From Gonapodya sp. JEL0774 (Eukaryota), in assembly GCA_027604505.1 (NCBI GenBank), contig JADIIX010000012.1, positions 1-64,000 on the forward strand: 64,000 bases of DNA. Reading direction: 5' to 3'. Of the stretch, positions 1-14,660 are shown in pieces; the first letter of the stretch is position 1; each line of letters begins with the position of its first letter. The position numbers and the translations under genes are program-made. Under the pieces are notes generated by a model. That model worked only from the letters and a program-made list of their open reading frames with translations, made no database searches and was not told where the DNA came from.

Positions 1-78
1 CCCCCCCCGGGCCCCCCCCCCGCCCCCCCCCGGCCGCCCCCCGCCCCCCCCCTCCCCCCCCCGCCCCGCCGCCGGCGG
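1..78. repeat. C/G-only low-complexity tract at the window edge, probably a contig-end or sequencing artefact
   Basis: Only C and G with long C runs; resembles the sequence flanking the N-gap at 15932-16085. Confidence 0.7.
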
Positions 79-79
79 G

Positions 80-811
80 GTTGGTGGCGCGGAATTATAT
101 CCAGTGGTTTGCATGAGACTCTCCGGTCCGAAATATTCGTTCGGCGAAGACTGGAACGACAAAATTCACACTCCTCGATAGTAGATAAGCTCGATGATTG
201 CTTTAGTGGCTGGAACTCTCCCTGCCGGTCGCCCATACCATGCTCAACCAGTCTCACCTGTGAAAGAATCCCTGGTTTCATATCCCTGAACGCAGCCCTC
301 AGAAGTCCTTGCTCAAGTGACCGTATTTGAGTAACATTTATGTTGTCTCTGGAGAGCAAGTCCCGGAACGTGAGTGCAGCGAGGGAGCCTTCTAATGTTA
401 ATGGGGGAACATGCTTTCCTACAGACACCAACACGACGAATATTGCGTGGTCGGTTGCGCTGATAAGACTACACAGCGAGCGGTGCTGCCTCGCATCTGC
501 TTTCTTTGGGTTTCGTTGAACAACGTACCTGGTAAATCCTCAACGTAACAGGCGTAAGAATCTTCGGGGACCTGCGCGCTGTCCACTAGCGACTTTGGCC
601 AATTTCGAATCATATCGTCAAACAAGGAGGTCAAGTCATGGTGCGAAATCATGTCGATCTCGGCTGTGAGAGGGTGCGAAGGAGGACGACCTGTGAAAGG
701 AGAGACAGGTGACTCTGGGTCCCAGGAAGCTGAAGTCCGTTTCTGCGCGTTGATTCACTCACTTTGAAATGAAATTTCGCGCTTCTCGTTGCGGCCATCG
801 CCATCGATCAT
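80..811 (-). CDS. Hypothetical protein, spliced, 3'-truncated at the window edge
   Basis: ATG at 811 (MIDGDGRNEKREISFQ) then GTGAGT..CAG, GTACGT..TAG and GTGAGA..CAG introns join in frame: ...EIDMISHHDLTSLFDD...EDLPGKHVPPLTLEGSLAALTFRDLLSRDNINVTQIRSLEQGLL...ILSQSSPNEYF. No family recognised. Confidence 0.6.
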
Positions 812-966
812 GTTTAGAAGGGAGTGGCACTTGGGTAAGGCCACATGCAAGTGCACATGCAGCATCTTCTGCACGAGAACACTGATTTGATTTGCGATCA
901 GCAGCAGTCAAACTCATTGGAATTCTATCAAAATTGCTAGCATCAAGGGCGAATCTGCGGTGACTC

Positions 967-3900
967 ATGCCCCCCCAAAGCCATGGAACTCTCGCGGGAC
1001 AGCAGGGGTCAGTGTCGGATAATCCCACTGCTTCAGTAAAACAGAGCTCTCTGCGGTCTTCACGAAGCGCAGTCGCGGTCGATCCGCAGCAAAATTATCC
1101 TGATCTTCCCGAAACAATACCTGTTTCGGCCAGAGGAGTAGAGACAGACGGGAAAGCTGGCAGTCACAACCAACTCCATCCAGCTGGGGAATATCAAGAC
1201 GACCACGAGATGTCCGACACATCTCGGCCAGCAGAAGACCCTTTTATGCTTCTTGCCGAGGCTGTTCAGTATATCAAGGCTCTTCTGAGCGAACCTACGT
1301 CCAACGGCTACGAAAAGCTCATCCGTGAGAACATCAAGAACTACCGCGCACTCATTTACGAGATTGTGAAGCGAAATCTTATCGGCGAGGACTCGAGAGA
1401 CAGTACGTTTTGACGGATGGGATTTTCATTTTCGGATTGAACGCAGTAAGGACAAGGAGGCTGGGAATGCACCGGCCAAGGCTCTTGCCTGTGTTCAGTG
1501 GAAGTGGCCGATGGACGGAACAATTGGAGAGACCGTCTAAAATGCCGCGCTATAAACGGGTCTGACGGATAGGCTGGAGATCGTCCCCGGGAAAGGTCGC
1601 CTGATACCGACTGTGCAAGAGTCACCAACCCCGTAATGATCTCGTCCCAACTCCTCTCCCTTCCACTGTGCCCCTACTTTCAGGCCACACCGCCCTCGCT
1701 CTCCTCAAATCGATCTTCCAACTGGCGCCCGAACTCCTTGTCCACCCAGCTCCGTTTAATTTTCGCCAAACAGCCGAAGTGAATATTGAAGACGGGAGAG
1801 TCGCTAGCGTTGCTGCCACCTTCAGTCAAATAGCTGTCCATTCAGACAATGAACCGGTGCTACCATCGCCCCCATTCCGGGTCGTGGTCATTTCTGCCAT
1901 CACGCAATACCTCGAAACCACTCGCACTCCAACGGACCGCGCCATTGCCGAGGATTTGATCAAGGACTGCATTTTTGCGACCAGCGATGACGTTGGCGTG
2001 TTTTACAGCATTTATGAGGACCTCGTCCAACTTCTCGTTGGTGAGACCAAGATGAGCACAATCAGAGATTCTTTCATAAGATTTTAAACCTCTCTTTTGA
2101 CCAACCCATTCGTACCTACTTGCTTCAAGATTTGCATACCAAACTCGCGAAAATGTCAGACGACACGTGCACCCTGTGGCAAGTGCCAATGTGGCGATTG
2201 GAGGAGCTCAACTTTCACTCCAATCTCGTGGGTTCTCCAGAAACGGTGACGGCGTGGAAGGTGAGCTTTCAATGTGATTCTTGTCTCCGACCCTCTCAAC
2301 GTACTAGTCCCGCCCCCAGAACGCATCTACGGGCGTGTTCACCCTTGTGATTGCATCACGTCACGCTGCCTTCCGCCTCATGACCTCCCTGCTTGGTATT
2401 CTTGCTGACACCGCCTTCAGGGGAAACATATCCATCATCGATCCCCACCTAACTCGCCGTCTCATCCACGTGATTGCCATGGTATTTTCTTATCCAAACG
2501 ACTTTGTTGGGACCGCGGACGACTCGAATTCCACATTTGGGGCCTTTGTCGTTGCTGGGCTCAACATTTTGGAGCAAATAGTAGCACTGTCCGCAATTCC
2601 CTCCCATACGGTTCTTATCCCCGATATTCTGTCATCTGTTATCCACCTTGTCAATACGTCATGCGCAAAGGACGACATTGTGTCTCAATCCGTGATACAG
2701 TGTCTGAAGGTCGTCGTCGCTAGGGCTCATTCACCTCATACTAATGTCCAGGAGATTCTATTTCCTGCCGGGGCTGCCCTCGCATCAGGAACGGGATTTG
2801 AGAGGATTCCCGAAGAAATCGCAACGGAACTCTTAACCATGTACTCCTCCTACGTGATGGAAGGGTGGATACCGACAGACCGCGAGTGCAGAGGTTTGCT
2901 AGGCTTATTGGGCAGACCAGTTTTCGTGGAACAGCTAATTGATTTGCTCGGTTGCGCTGTCGTTTCTAGAGACACCAATGTCGACTCTCAGGAACTTTGG
3001 ATGTACGGACGGCAGCCGCGGTTGCCAGCTAGTGCAAATGACAGTGCAGCTTTTGCTTCACGATTTAATGGAAAACGTGTCCGGTCAAGCGAAGGATCAG
3101 TAGTATCGTCTGATCTCACGTTCGAGCGACTGGCGAAGAGGCAAAAGACTATTGAAGGTGACGCTAACGCTCACGTTATACAAATATCTGAGAACCCTCA
3201 GGATCGCGAAGTAATTGACATTGATGCTATGGAAGAGGATCGTGTGGTGCCACGAGATATACCCCAGGGCGCGTCGGAAGGTGACCTGGCTCGACCGCGT
3301 TCAGAGCACTTGTCTCCCAAAAACCGGTCCAAGCTATTAGAAAAACTTGAGGAGGAGACACGGATATTGGTGATGCGGAATACAGATGGGCTTGAACTCG
3401 CTGAGTATTTCACTCGAGCTATCTCGGCTGTTCAGGTCATCACTGTACTGGCTGCTCGCTATGGATCACAAGAGAATGTGACTGAAGCGTACGAGATGCT
3501 GGCTAGTGTTTTACACAGACTGATTCGAGAAGTGTTTGAGTTTGGTAAACGGCTTCCGCTTAATGGTGACGCAGCTGACTCAATGGTTTCGGAGTTAAAC
3601 TCATGGATGGCTCTATTTGTGAAAGCAGCACCAAGAATTGCGACTGCACTTTCCAAGTCACCTTTCAATTTTATGGATGGTTCAGTTTCTGAGCAAGTCG
3701 AACAACAATTATTTGCTCTCCTCGCTATTCCTTTTACGACGGAAGAAAATGATACTGCGATTGTACCTGACTCTCAAAATGATCCTTTACTAGCCACTCT
3801 TTTGGGAATTTTGACCACGCGCAGCTTCCTTGCTGATCACTCCCCCGCGAGTTTGAAGAGCACTTTGCATGTGCTTTCTGAAATCTTGCGAGGGAACGCT

Positions 3901-6900
3901 GCAGGATGCTTCAGCGTTCTTGCGAATTTGCCCGCCAAGTGGGCTACGAATTCTAAATGGAGACAGAACTTTCTCATCCGCGGACTGGAGGGTGTTTATG
4001 GGGATGAAGTCAAGATGGAGGTTTGGAGGGCTTTGCCATCGGTCGCTTGGATGGTGGACCAAGATGATATAAATGATTTCGTTCAAGCCTTGGATCCCGT
4101 TCTCAGGTGAGTTCCTCTTCCCTTCTTCTTTTCTATTTATTCCTGTTATGGGGAGGCGGAACTGGCTTCTCAAGTAATCCACACAATTTTGATTTAGAAA
4201 TAAGCCATCCGCGGCTGACATAACGGAAGTGCTCCTTGCGGCGTCTGAATCTTTGGGTCGATTTGTTTGCGCCATCGCTTCGCGTATTCACTTGAAGCGT
4301 CTCAGACAGTCGGTTGTTACCGAACGTGAAGGTGGTGGGGTCTGTATCTTCTGCGACCGGAAGCTCGCTTCCCTTGGGAACGCTCTCCCAGATTCAAGGA
4401 ACGTTACAGCATTCACTTTCGCTGAACCCTCTCTGTTGCATCTGTTCCTCTGCAGTTCGGTAACAGAACACCATGTCAAGACTGCCTTCGCCACCGTGTC
4501 CTTACCACGGTTACTAAGGCATGCCAACATTCTGGGCATGTACGAAACCACTTCGTCGGATTGGCAGCAGTGGGTGAATTTGGTGGTAGGAGCAATGAAC
4601 AGTCCAGAACGAAAGTTACGTCGGCTAGTCGCGTGAGTAGTTTAATTTGATTGGCTGCCACAGGCTGTGTCTGCTAAGTTCTTTTTGCGTCAAGGTTACA
4701 TTCTCTTCCCGTCATAATGGAACAGTACAATGTTCGTCTGGATGTCACTGCTCGATTAACCGATATCCTCCAAAAGGGGGACATGTCTGTCCAATCGTCC
4801 ATCATACAAGCAGTTGGATCACTTGCGAGGTGAGATAGCAATGTTCGTTTAGATCCTACACACCCACCTATTTCCGGGAATTTAGAGCAAGCGTCGACTT
4901 TTCTTCACTGGAGGGCTACCTGTCGTGTCTCATCATTCAGTTTAGTGGACCAAATGCTTTTGTAAAGGGTTGTGCCTTTAATGAGGTAAGAAGTTCGCCG
5001 CTGTTTTCGAAACCCTATGACACATCTCCTGGATATTTCCAGATTCGAGGTATTGCAGCGGCACACAATCGGTCTGTTGCGGAGCTCTGCAATATGTTCT
5101 TGTCCTCGATCGCAGTCCAATTGATCGAGCAGCTTCATTCCAATCGTGCATTCGTTCAGGAAGTTGTAGTGGTACTTTTCGCTCGAAACCTGCGAGATTT
5201 CGTGGTTGACACTCTAGAGCACACCTTGCCCGTACTTGTCAGCAAGAGAAACACTTCAGTGCTTGAGGAGCTATCTCGGTTGGTGGAATTAGAACTTCCT
5301 ATGATGCTGATCGATAAAACGGGAGATATCCTCCATTACATCTTCATGTCGAGTGGGGAGTTGGATGGCTCGATTAATTTCTTTGTTGACCTTGCGAAAA
5401 AGCAAGATGCATACGAAATCGACATCCGCAGCCTTCTCACCACCTGCTTGGATGTCTTAGCTCCGAAATTGGGGATAGAATTGGGTGCCGAATCGGCATT
5501 GGTACAAGAGAAGGTTGATGTCCGCTTACAAATTTGCGTGTTGCCTCGGAAATTCTTATCAAAAATTTGCAGGCTTTGCGATCGATGCGCCTTATTGCCG
5601 AAATCCAGCAGGGTGACGGGCGTGGTGCGGAGTTCCCAAAGAGCTCAGACCCGGAGCTTGCACCATTCGTGCACGCACACTTTCTTCTCCTTCTTTCAAC
5701 GTTTAACGATAAGCTAATCAATTCAGAGCAATTTTACTCCGAAGCAACCCAAAGAAAAGTTGTCAAAGCGTTGATCGAACTGCTCAAGATTGGCGGAAGC
5801 AACATTTATATGATTGCCCCTCAGGTGAGACTTGACCCCGAAAGGTGAGACCCAAATGTCGAACTAACTCGAGGACATTTCCGACTTATTGTACTAGCTC
5901 ATGTCAACACTTCGGACGGCGCTGAGCGTGGTTTGTCTCCTTGATGTCGCGCTCCATGCGTGGCACGTCTTTATAAAGACCTTGGAAATCTCTAAGATTG
6001 GATCCCTTTTGAGCCAAATCGTCGCAATCCTGACCGGACCATACGATCGCTTCTCGGAGACCCAGCTCGCCGAGCTTACAGAAATATTCAAGTATCTCTT
6101 CATAGACAATGAGTTGCAACTTAGGGAATCCTTTGCTGATTTACCTGCGCTTCCGAACCATCCGATATTCGAGCAGTTCTCGGCAATTCTCTCAACTTAT
6201 AAGGTTGAAAGCGAACCTATCCAAACCATTCGCCGAGTTCTCAAAAGTGTGGCACACGAGAGCGCTCTTGTAGCACAGCAGGCTGTCTCAGAACTGGAGC
6301 TGTTGCTCAATGATCACCAGCTTTGGTTCCAGAGTCTTGTCGTAGCTGAGTCTGTTGATGACGTCGTCAACTCTGTCATAAAGTCTTTGATGAGTGCGCT
6401 GCGCCGTTTCGGTGGTGGAAATGACACTATACAGGAAGCTTGTTGTCGATGTCTTGGTATCATCGGAGTAGCAGATCCTTCACGTCTGGATGTTAACTTC
6501 TCGGAGGAGATCGACGTCATTCGAAGCAATTTCACGGACGCGGAAGAAATGCTTGATTTCGTTTGCAAGATGATAGAAATGCAACTGGTTCCAGCTTTTC
6601 GGTCACCTCGAAGTACGAAAATGCAAAGACATTTTGCCTACTCCATTCAAGAGCTTTTGCGACTTTGTGGATTCACTCCCGACGTGCTTGTTGTGGACGA
6701 GTCGAGAGACAAAATGGGAGTGGCGAGAGTCAATCCGCTCAAGAGACGATGGGAAAGGTTCTCTGAGTCCTGCATAGAAGCAATCCAGCCTTTATTGGTT
6801 GCTCGCTACTTAGTCCACGATACTGCGGTCCAACCTGTCAGCTATCCACTGTTTGGAAAAGTTGCAACGTTTTCAGAGTGGCTACAGGCATGGACTCGTG

Positions 6901-9900
6901 ACCTTGTCGAGTATAAGGTTGATCCAAACTCTCGAGCAGCTCAAATTTTCCGGGTCTGCAAGGGTGTTATAAACCAGCACGACGAATCTATTTCCTTGTT
7001 TATTTTGCCGCACCTGGTTCTAAACGTACTTCTTGGCGGAAATGATCAAAAGCAAAATGATCGGCAGCGTAACGAAATATTGAGTGAAGTTCTTGCAGTT
7101 TTAGAGGAAAGTTCGAGGCCAGGATTGAGAGATTCAAATGCGACGTGGGATTACAAGAGACAGAGGGCATCACAAGTAAGCTCCTCGTTTCTTTCTTCAG
7201 ATGGAGGCCGAACACTCGTCTTCTCTTTGAAAGTGAAGCCTACCTAAGATTCATCGTTTCTCTTGTGCTAGATCGTGTTTGCTTTGGTCGACTATCTGTC
7301 AAAGTGGGTTCGCTTAAAACGACAACAAGTTAGTAAATCACGCTCTGCGAACACCCGAAAGTCAGGGAAGGCGACTACAGGGGATGATCCTGATAATGAC
7401 GAGCAAGTTAGGACAATAGATCGGATCTTGTCAATGATCCCACAAGACATGATGGCGATTGTGTCGTATCGATGTAACTCCTTTGAACGCTCCCTGCTGC
7501 ATCTAGAGAGACACATTCGGAATCAGCGATCTCGCAAGAAAGCTTATGATCTGACTGGGCTTTACGAGCTTTGTCAGCGAGTGTATGCAAAGATGGATGA
7601 GGCCGATGGTATGGAGGGCATTTCGACAATGTTTCCAGCACCTTCTCTGGAGCAGCAGACATTGGAACACGAATCGACGGGCAATTGGAGTGCTGCTCAG
7701 AGTTGCTATGAGCTCATCATCCAGGAGAACCCGGATAAACTGGAGTATCAGGTTGGGCTCATCAACTGTCTTCGGAATTTAGGTCATTTTGGTGAGTGTA
7801 GAAAAACATGCGAGAAAAGCGTTTGTTTTTCTGACACAAGTTTGGAACATGTAACTATGCTCCTTTTCATTATTTGTTTTAGAATCCATGCTGACACATG
7901 TTGGGGGTATTTTATCGCAGCACACTGAGTGGAGCGAACAGTTGGAGAGTTTCCGGGTCGAAGCTGCTTGGAAACTTTCAAAATGGGATACACTTGAGGG
8001 CTTGGTAGATTCCAATACGAAGACATCATTCGAAATATCGCTTGGGCGTTCAATTTTGGCTATTCGAGGGATGGATAGCAAGGGGCTTCAAGCGGAATTG
8101 AAGTCGATGCGCCGCTCAATAGCAGGACCACTGGTGCTATCAAGTCTGGAGTCATATGATCGAGCACAAGATCACGTTCTAAAACTTCATATGCTGTACG
8201 AAGTAGAGGAGTGGGCTAAACTCTGGGAGCTGTGCGAAGAGACCACTGAGGATGACTTGCTGCGTGGGCTAAATGGGATAGTGAAGCAGTGGGACTCTCG
8301 TCTTCTTATCACCAACTCTTCGCATAGAGTTGTGGAACCAGTATTAAGTTTGAGGAGGACTATGCTTGACATCAGGTGAGAGTATGATACCGATTCAGAG
8401 AGTTATCGCCGACCTTTGATGATCCCAAAAAAAGTCACGCCAAAGCGGCGAAGTTGCACTGGCATAACATTGCCGAAAACTTGAGAGCTGAAAATGGCCG
8501 AGCCTGGCTGCAAAGTGCCAAAGTTGCACGGAAAGCGGGTTATCTCTCCACCGCTTACAGCAATATCCTGCATGCAGCGAGTTTGAATGCACAGTCAATG
8601 TTTTTTGAGCGCTCAAAGTTGCTGTGGGTGAAAGGGGAACATCACAGAGCCATTGTGGCTTTACAGAATGCATTGGGTCACAACGATCCGGGATTTGTTG
8701 AGGTGCCAATTGCGAGCCAGGCAACAAGTCTTGGATCCATGGGAGCAGGAGCCACTCCTCGCGTTAATTTACTGGACCCGTCATCCGAGAAGTTCCTCCA
8801 GTTGAAGGTGACGGTCATTGACGAATATTGCTGATGATTCTTTGTGCTCATCCCCACTCTTGAATTATAAGTCAAAACTTCTTTTGGCCCGCTGGCTGGA
8901 CGAGACTCACACTGGGCAGATGAGTGATATTCTCAACATTTTCAAAGTGGCCATTAGAGATGCTGGAAGGTAAGATGAGACATTTTTGTCGGTTCGCCGA
9001 GACTACCAAGTTGATCTGAATTATCCTCGGCCAGGTTGGAAAAGGTGTATTTTCAGCTCGGAAGATACTATTTAAAGATCCACGACACAGAGAAGCAGAA
9101 GGACCTTTTTCGGAAACCCACCGTGCAGTAAGGCTGAATTGCGGCCACGTTTTCTGCATCCGCATCCAAAAGAACCTGTGAAATATAGACACCAAAATAA
9201 TTTGACCACATTGTTGGGATGTGTCATCAAGAATTTTTCGCGAGCATTGATTTACGGATCCAAGTACATTTACCAAACGCTTCCTAGAATGCTGACCCTT
9301 TGGTTAACGTTTGGGTTGGATCATGGTCTGCGGGATGACGCGTGAGTCATCACAATGTTGGTCGGGTTCGAGGTAAACTGTGAATCAAAGTCCATTTGGG
9401 TCAAATTTACCAGTTCTACAGTAGACGATCGCGAGAAGAATTTTCTGGTGGCTCTTAAGGCGGTGCAGAAGTGGGTTACGGTTTGTCCGTCTTACCAAGT
9501 GAGAGTTATCCAAAAGACAATGAGCGGGCTAAATCTGACGAGAGAATGCTTTGTTGAAGTACCTTACTGCATTCCCACAAATCGTGTCCCGCATCTGCCA
9601 CAAAAACAAGCAATGTTATCAGGTCCTCGAGAATATCATCCTCTCGGTCTTGGAGGTTTATCCGCAACAAGCACTGTGGCAGTTGATGCCTGTCGCTAAA
9701 TCAAATAACAAGCAGCGGACTCGGCGCGTTGACGATATTTTCTCGAAAGCGAAGGTCGGTGGCTTTGGAGCCCCTTGTATCTAATATGTCAGGCTTGTCA
9801 TCTTTTTTGTTACAGAGGGGCCGGGGCTCCATCGGACAGCCTCTGGATACTTTGATAGAGGAGTTCAAAAAGCTCACACACGAGCTTTTGAACCTCTGTA

Positions 9901-11643
9901 ATCACAGCGTCCAGCCGCGGGAGACCGTGCTCTCGATAAACAGCGACTTTAGACAACTTCAGCGACTCACACCGACGAATATAATTGTCCCATTACAAGC
10001 ATTACTAACTGTGGCCTTACCGTCTAATGGACAAGCCGCTGCTTCACACAAGCCCTTTCCTGAAGAACAGCCAACAATCATGAGTGAGTGCATCTTCGTC
10101 CCGTCGGGCATCACCTACCTTATATTAAAGATCATCTCACCAAACAATGATAATGTCAGGGTTTCATGATGAGGTCGAAATTATGAGTTCCCTCCAACGT
10201 CCCCGCAAAATTACTATCACAGGCAGTGACGGCAGAGACTATATATTCCTCTGCAAACCTAAGGATGACCTTAGAAAGGACGCTCGTCTCATGGAATTCA
10301 ATTGGATGATAAACAAGTTGCTGAAGAAGGATGCTGAGTCGAGGAAACGGCGCCTCTGTACGTTAGGTTGCCTGATCTTCGTTTGCATTGTCAAGATCGA
10401 TTCCATTTGATCGACATGTTTGCAACTAGACATCAGAACCTACTCAGTAGTGCCTTTGAATGAAGAATGTGGACTCATTGAGTGGGTCAACAACACAACC
10501 GGCCTCCGACAGATTCTCAACAAGTACTACAAAGCAAAGGGTTTGGGTACATCGGTGTGTTGATTTCTTTGCAAAATATTGCCGACATAATGCCTAACAA
10601 CCTTTCACGTGCCAGAATGTCGAAATAAAGGAGGTATTTACTAAGATTGACAAGTACGAAAAAGATGAGAAGCGAGCAGAGTATGTTAAGCTTTTCGAAA
10701 CATTGCTTGACAAGTAAGCTTTGAAATTGCTTCTATCTTCCTCGTTCTTGCATTTCAAAGTTACCACTCCATTGTCCCAGGTTCCCTCCTGTATTTCATG
10801 AATGGCATCTTGACATGTTTCCCGAGCCCCGTGCATGGTTTGCAGCCCGATCAGCGTATACCCGAACCACAGCCGTCATTTCCATGGTTGGATACGTCTT
10901 GGGGTGAGCGTTACCCGTTTCTTCGACATTTCAAAATCCATCTATAAACCGGTTCCAACGTCAAGCTTGGGAGATCGACATGGGGAAAATATACTGTTTG
11001 ACGAGACAAGAGGTGACTGTGTGCATGTAGACTTCAATTGCTTGTTTGAAAGGGTGAGTCGGTGGTGATGGAAATGGGGTGTTGGCCATGTATTGTAACG
11101 CTTCGGTAGGGAAAAACTTTCGAGCGACCAGAGGTGGTTCCTTTCCGCCTGACCCAGAACATAGTCGATGCTTTCGGGGTTACTGGAATTGAAGGTAACA
11201 GTCAAATATGGGTTGATTCAGTGTGACAGTTGGAATCTCAATTTGTTTTGGAATAGGTGCCTACCGAAAAGGTTGCCAAGCGACACTCCGCGTGTTGCGA
11301 GCAAACAAAGATTCTTTGATGAGTATTTTAGAAACATTTGTTCACGATCCCCTTGTCGAGTGGCAAAAAGGGAAGGTTTGTTCAGTGAGGAAGATCCTTC
11401 AAGTTGTGACTTAAGATGATATTCTCCATTTTTGGCAATTAGCATGACAAGTACGGCGAGAACGAAAACGAGTATGCTGTCAAAAGCATACAAGCCATCA
11501 AGTACAAGCTTGAGGGGATCATACATACTGGTGCAACGGCGGCATCCATCTCGGTCGAGGGGCAAGTACAAGATCTAATTAACCAGGCGATGAGTGTTGA
11601 TCACCTCGCTCGGATGTATATTGGATGGGCTCCGTGGTTTTGA
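967..11643 (+). CDS. ATR: Serine/threonine PIKK kinase ATR (Mec1/Rad3), about 25 introns
   Basis: HEAT/UME-like region, FAT region ([15 protein letters not shown]), kinase motifs [52 protein letters not shown] and FATC end [10 protein letters not shown] (stop 11641-11643). The link between the first exon (967-1402) and the exon at about 1620 is not fully resolved. Confidence 0.95.
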
Positions 11644-11823
11644 AATCTCGGCGTTTCGCTCATTGTTTGAGGGGAAGGGAGGGTCACCATTATTAATTCG
11701 GCGATTGCATACGCCTTCACGTATCATTGTTAAACTAGAGCTCTTGCGTCTATCTTCGCATAAAATGTTGTTGGGTGCAGAAGTGCGTTCACTACCCCAA
11801 CATCCACAGTCTCCCCCACCAAC

Positions 11824-14214
11824 ATGGGGGATGTCATCGCAGGGCGGGCACCAGTTCTGCATGGGCAGTCTGCGTTCACTCTCGATCTCACTGGTGCTTT
11901 CGCATCATCAATGCTGGGTGGATTCGGCAACGGAACTTTGAAGCGAGGACAGGCCGATGCTGCAAGAAGTCACCTCCTTCCACTTGGAACGTTTAAGCTC
12001 ACCGACGAAGCTCTCGCGCAGATAGAATCAGGCTCTTCGAGTCCGTTGATGGAAATGTTCTTCGAAGAACATCCAGGAAGGCACGAGCGTAATGTAAGCT
12101 TCCAATCTTCTAAACATTTTCAATCTGAATCGACTGTTGACGATCAGAGCTTCCTCTTTTCATGTAATCCATGCGTCATTTATTGTTTTGTCTTTGCTTG
12201 CTTTGCACGCAGGAGCTATTTATTGGAGGGGACAGGTTTGAGGTCTCGTCGACCTCTGAGAACCAGCGTGCCGAGCTGTACCTTGGACTTCCTGATTCGA
12301 AACCTCCAAAAGATGTCGTCTCCTCATACAACTTGTTGGGAGTGGAGAACCCTTTTCTTACCAATGTGGGAGCTCTCAAGCACAAGTTTCATGTAAAGGC
12401 CCGCATAGAGGTTGTTGGTGATAAGATGAAGCAAGAAGCCGCTGCAATCGAAACTGGAAGGAAAACGTGAGATATGTTGCCACGACTGAATTCAAGCAGA
12501 ATCGAATTGCTGGACAAATTTCGAACTTTGTAACTTAACAGTCTCCAGGTTCTTGATGAGAAGGACGAGGTGTCGATGCGACGACGTTCGTTTTTGCACT
12601 CATTGTTATCCATGCAATTGATTGACTTAAGACCTTCCTCCACTTACTAGAGCAAGGGCATGGTGCATCCAAGAAGTCGAAGTCGAGGAAACATGACCGC
12701 GAAGCCACGAGAATTCCCTCCGAACTTTCCAATCCGCCAGCCTCTGGATCTCGAGACTCTCTTGGAGTTCCCAAGTCTGCTCCGGTATCCGGGCGCACAT
12801 CGCCGATACCTAGCGGAGCATCCACTCCATCCATGCTTTGGTTCACGAACGATTTGCGGGAGAGGATAATTCATATTTTGGCTGTGAAGCCTCTCTCACT
12901 GGAGGAACTGGCGCGAGCCGTCAATATTTCGAGGGATCGGATGTCTTTTGCACTCCCGCAGGTGAATCGTTTGCGTGATTAGTCGTAATCTACCAACGCG
13001 ATGGCCTGATTCTTAGTTTCACCATTGCCTTTAAGCTGGCCACGCTGAGTCAATCAAAGCACGAACTTCTTCCCGCCCTTTACAAGGAACTACGAATCTT
13101 CGAATGGCCAAAGTACGATGGCCGAGAACGTGAAGCCGTCCTTACCCGAGCACGCAACGCCTTCGAAACTCTACGATTACCCCCCTCCGCGCCAGAGTGG
13201 GGGAGACTCGTTGATCCTAAACTCCAGCATCCTGTGGTGGATCGTATGCGACCACCACTTCCGGAACCCGGCCTCGCCCCAAAGCTTCCGCACCACCAGA
13301 GATCTACTTCTCAACCACCGCAGTCTCGCAGCGAACCCAAGGCACATGGATTATCGACGGATGAGGATACAGGGATGGCTTCTGATGGGGACAGGAAGCG
13401 GAAAGGAGGTGGTGGAACTGGAGAAAAGTCAAATATGGTTAAATCGTCCTCAAAGGATTTGCGAAAGAAAACAGCCGAAGCGAATTCGAAAAAGGCACCT
13501 CAGGAATCTTCCAACCCTATTGCTGGGCAGCTTTCCGTTTACTCAACAATCGCTAACGGAATCGCGCACAATGGTGGAAGCAGCGAGAAATCTGAGAAAC
13601 TCGAGCACAAATCGAATGCCAGTAGTCCAGCAATTGGTGGGGTGAAGAGTCACAAGAGGGAGAGTTCCCACGATGAGCAGCAACAGCAAAGTTCCGGTAA
13701 GCGGAAACGATCACCAACAGGTAGTGCCCCTGAGGATAGTTCTGAGAATTCGAGTGACTTAGGTGAGCCTACTGGGACTTGCACTGCGTGCAGAGAAGTA
13801 TCTCACAGTTTCACTTGTCAAGACATGGAATACATCTTGGGGACCCTCCTCCCCATTCGCACAGTCGACGATTTCGCGCGAGCGTCCACCCAATTCACAA
13901 GAATCCGCCAGCGGTACCAAAAAGTCCGTCGAAAGCTTGAAATCGCACAGAGCAACTACCGCGCTCGAAGAATGGAACTCGCCGCTGCCATGGTAGAACC
14001 CACCACATCGAGTAAGGAGAATGGTCCTGACTTGCCACCTGAAATGCAAATTGCTTTGGATCGGAAGTTGGCGAGGGAGTTTGAGGAGCAAGTGCCGTTG
14101 ATGAAAGTGTTTTTTGGCACCTGCGCCAAGCTCCACCAAGGGCTATTGACTCTGAAGATAGCCATCCAGCAAGTGGCAGGGACTGTAGATGATGCAATGG
14201 ACATGAGGACGTAG
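11824..14214 (+). CDS. ELL: RNA polymerase II elongation factor ELL/Ell1-like
   Basis: Spliced product contains LRERIIHILAVKP...LYKELRIFEWPKY..RERE (ELL N-terminal family motif), a basic/Ser-rich linker, and a C-terminal occludin/ELL-like helix (PIRTVDDFARASTQFTRIRQRYQKV). Confidence 0.8.
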
Positions 14215-14660
14215 GTGTCGGGTGTAGTCTCATTTAGCATAGTAGTTGGGCATTTGCTGCCCACGAGTAGTGTATATACTTTGAATCACTGTTCCATGGC
14301 TCTGTGTCTCGCAAACATTTTGAGTTGAAAGGCTTGCTCTTCCAAACATCGCCTGATAATTCGACTTGAAAACTGTTCAGTGAACCTTTGTTTGAACGAC
14401 CTCGCCAAACACAAAATGCTATTTTGGCCATCAACTGTCTTGGCTCTCCCTCTTTTTGGTACCAGAAATCCGAAATGACCATCCGCAGAACCAACATAAC
14501 AAACTTTTTCGGCGAAGAACTACCATATCACAACTTTTCGGGGCCCAGATCTCTAAAAGGTGAACACAAGCAAAATACCTTTGCGCTTGCACAAGGCTTG
14601 CGCGATTTCTGTATTTCGCACTTCCAGGTGTCTCGAGTACTGTGTTTCGGAAAAGTGAGT

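Noticed and set aside
775..782. E2F/SCB-like TTTCGCGC near the ATR promoter (also near 21824, 26576, 36841)
   Set aside because: Lies within a coding exon, and the count is compatible with chance.
6046..6057. ATCGCTTCTCGG, matching the 5' end of U2 snRNA
   Set aside because: Only 12 nt, inside an ATR exon, with no further similarity.
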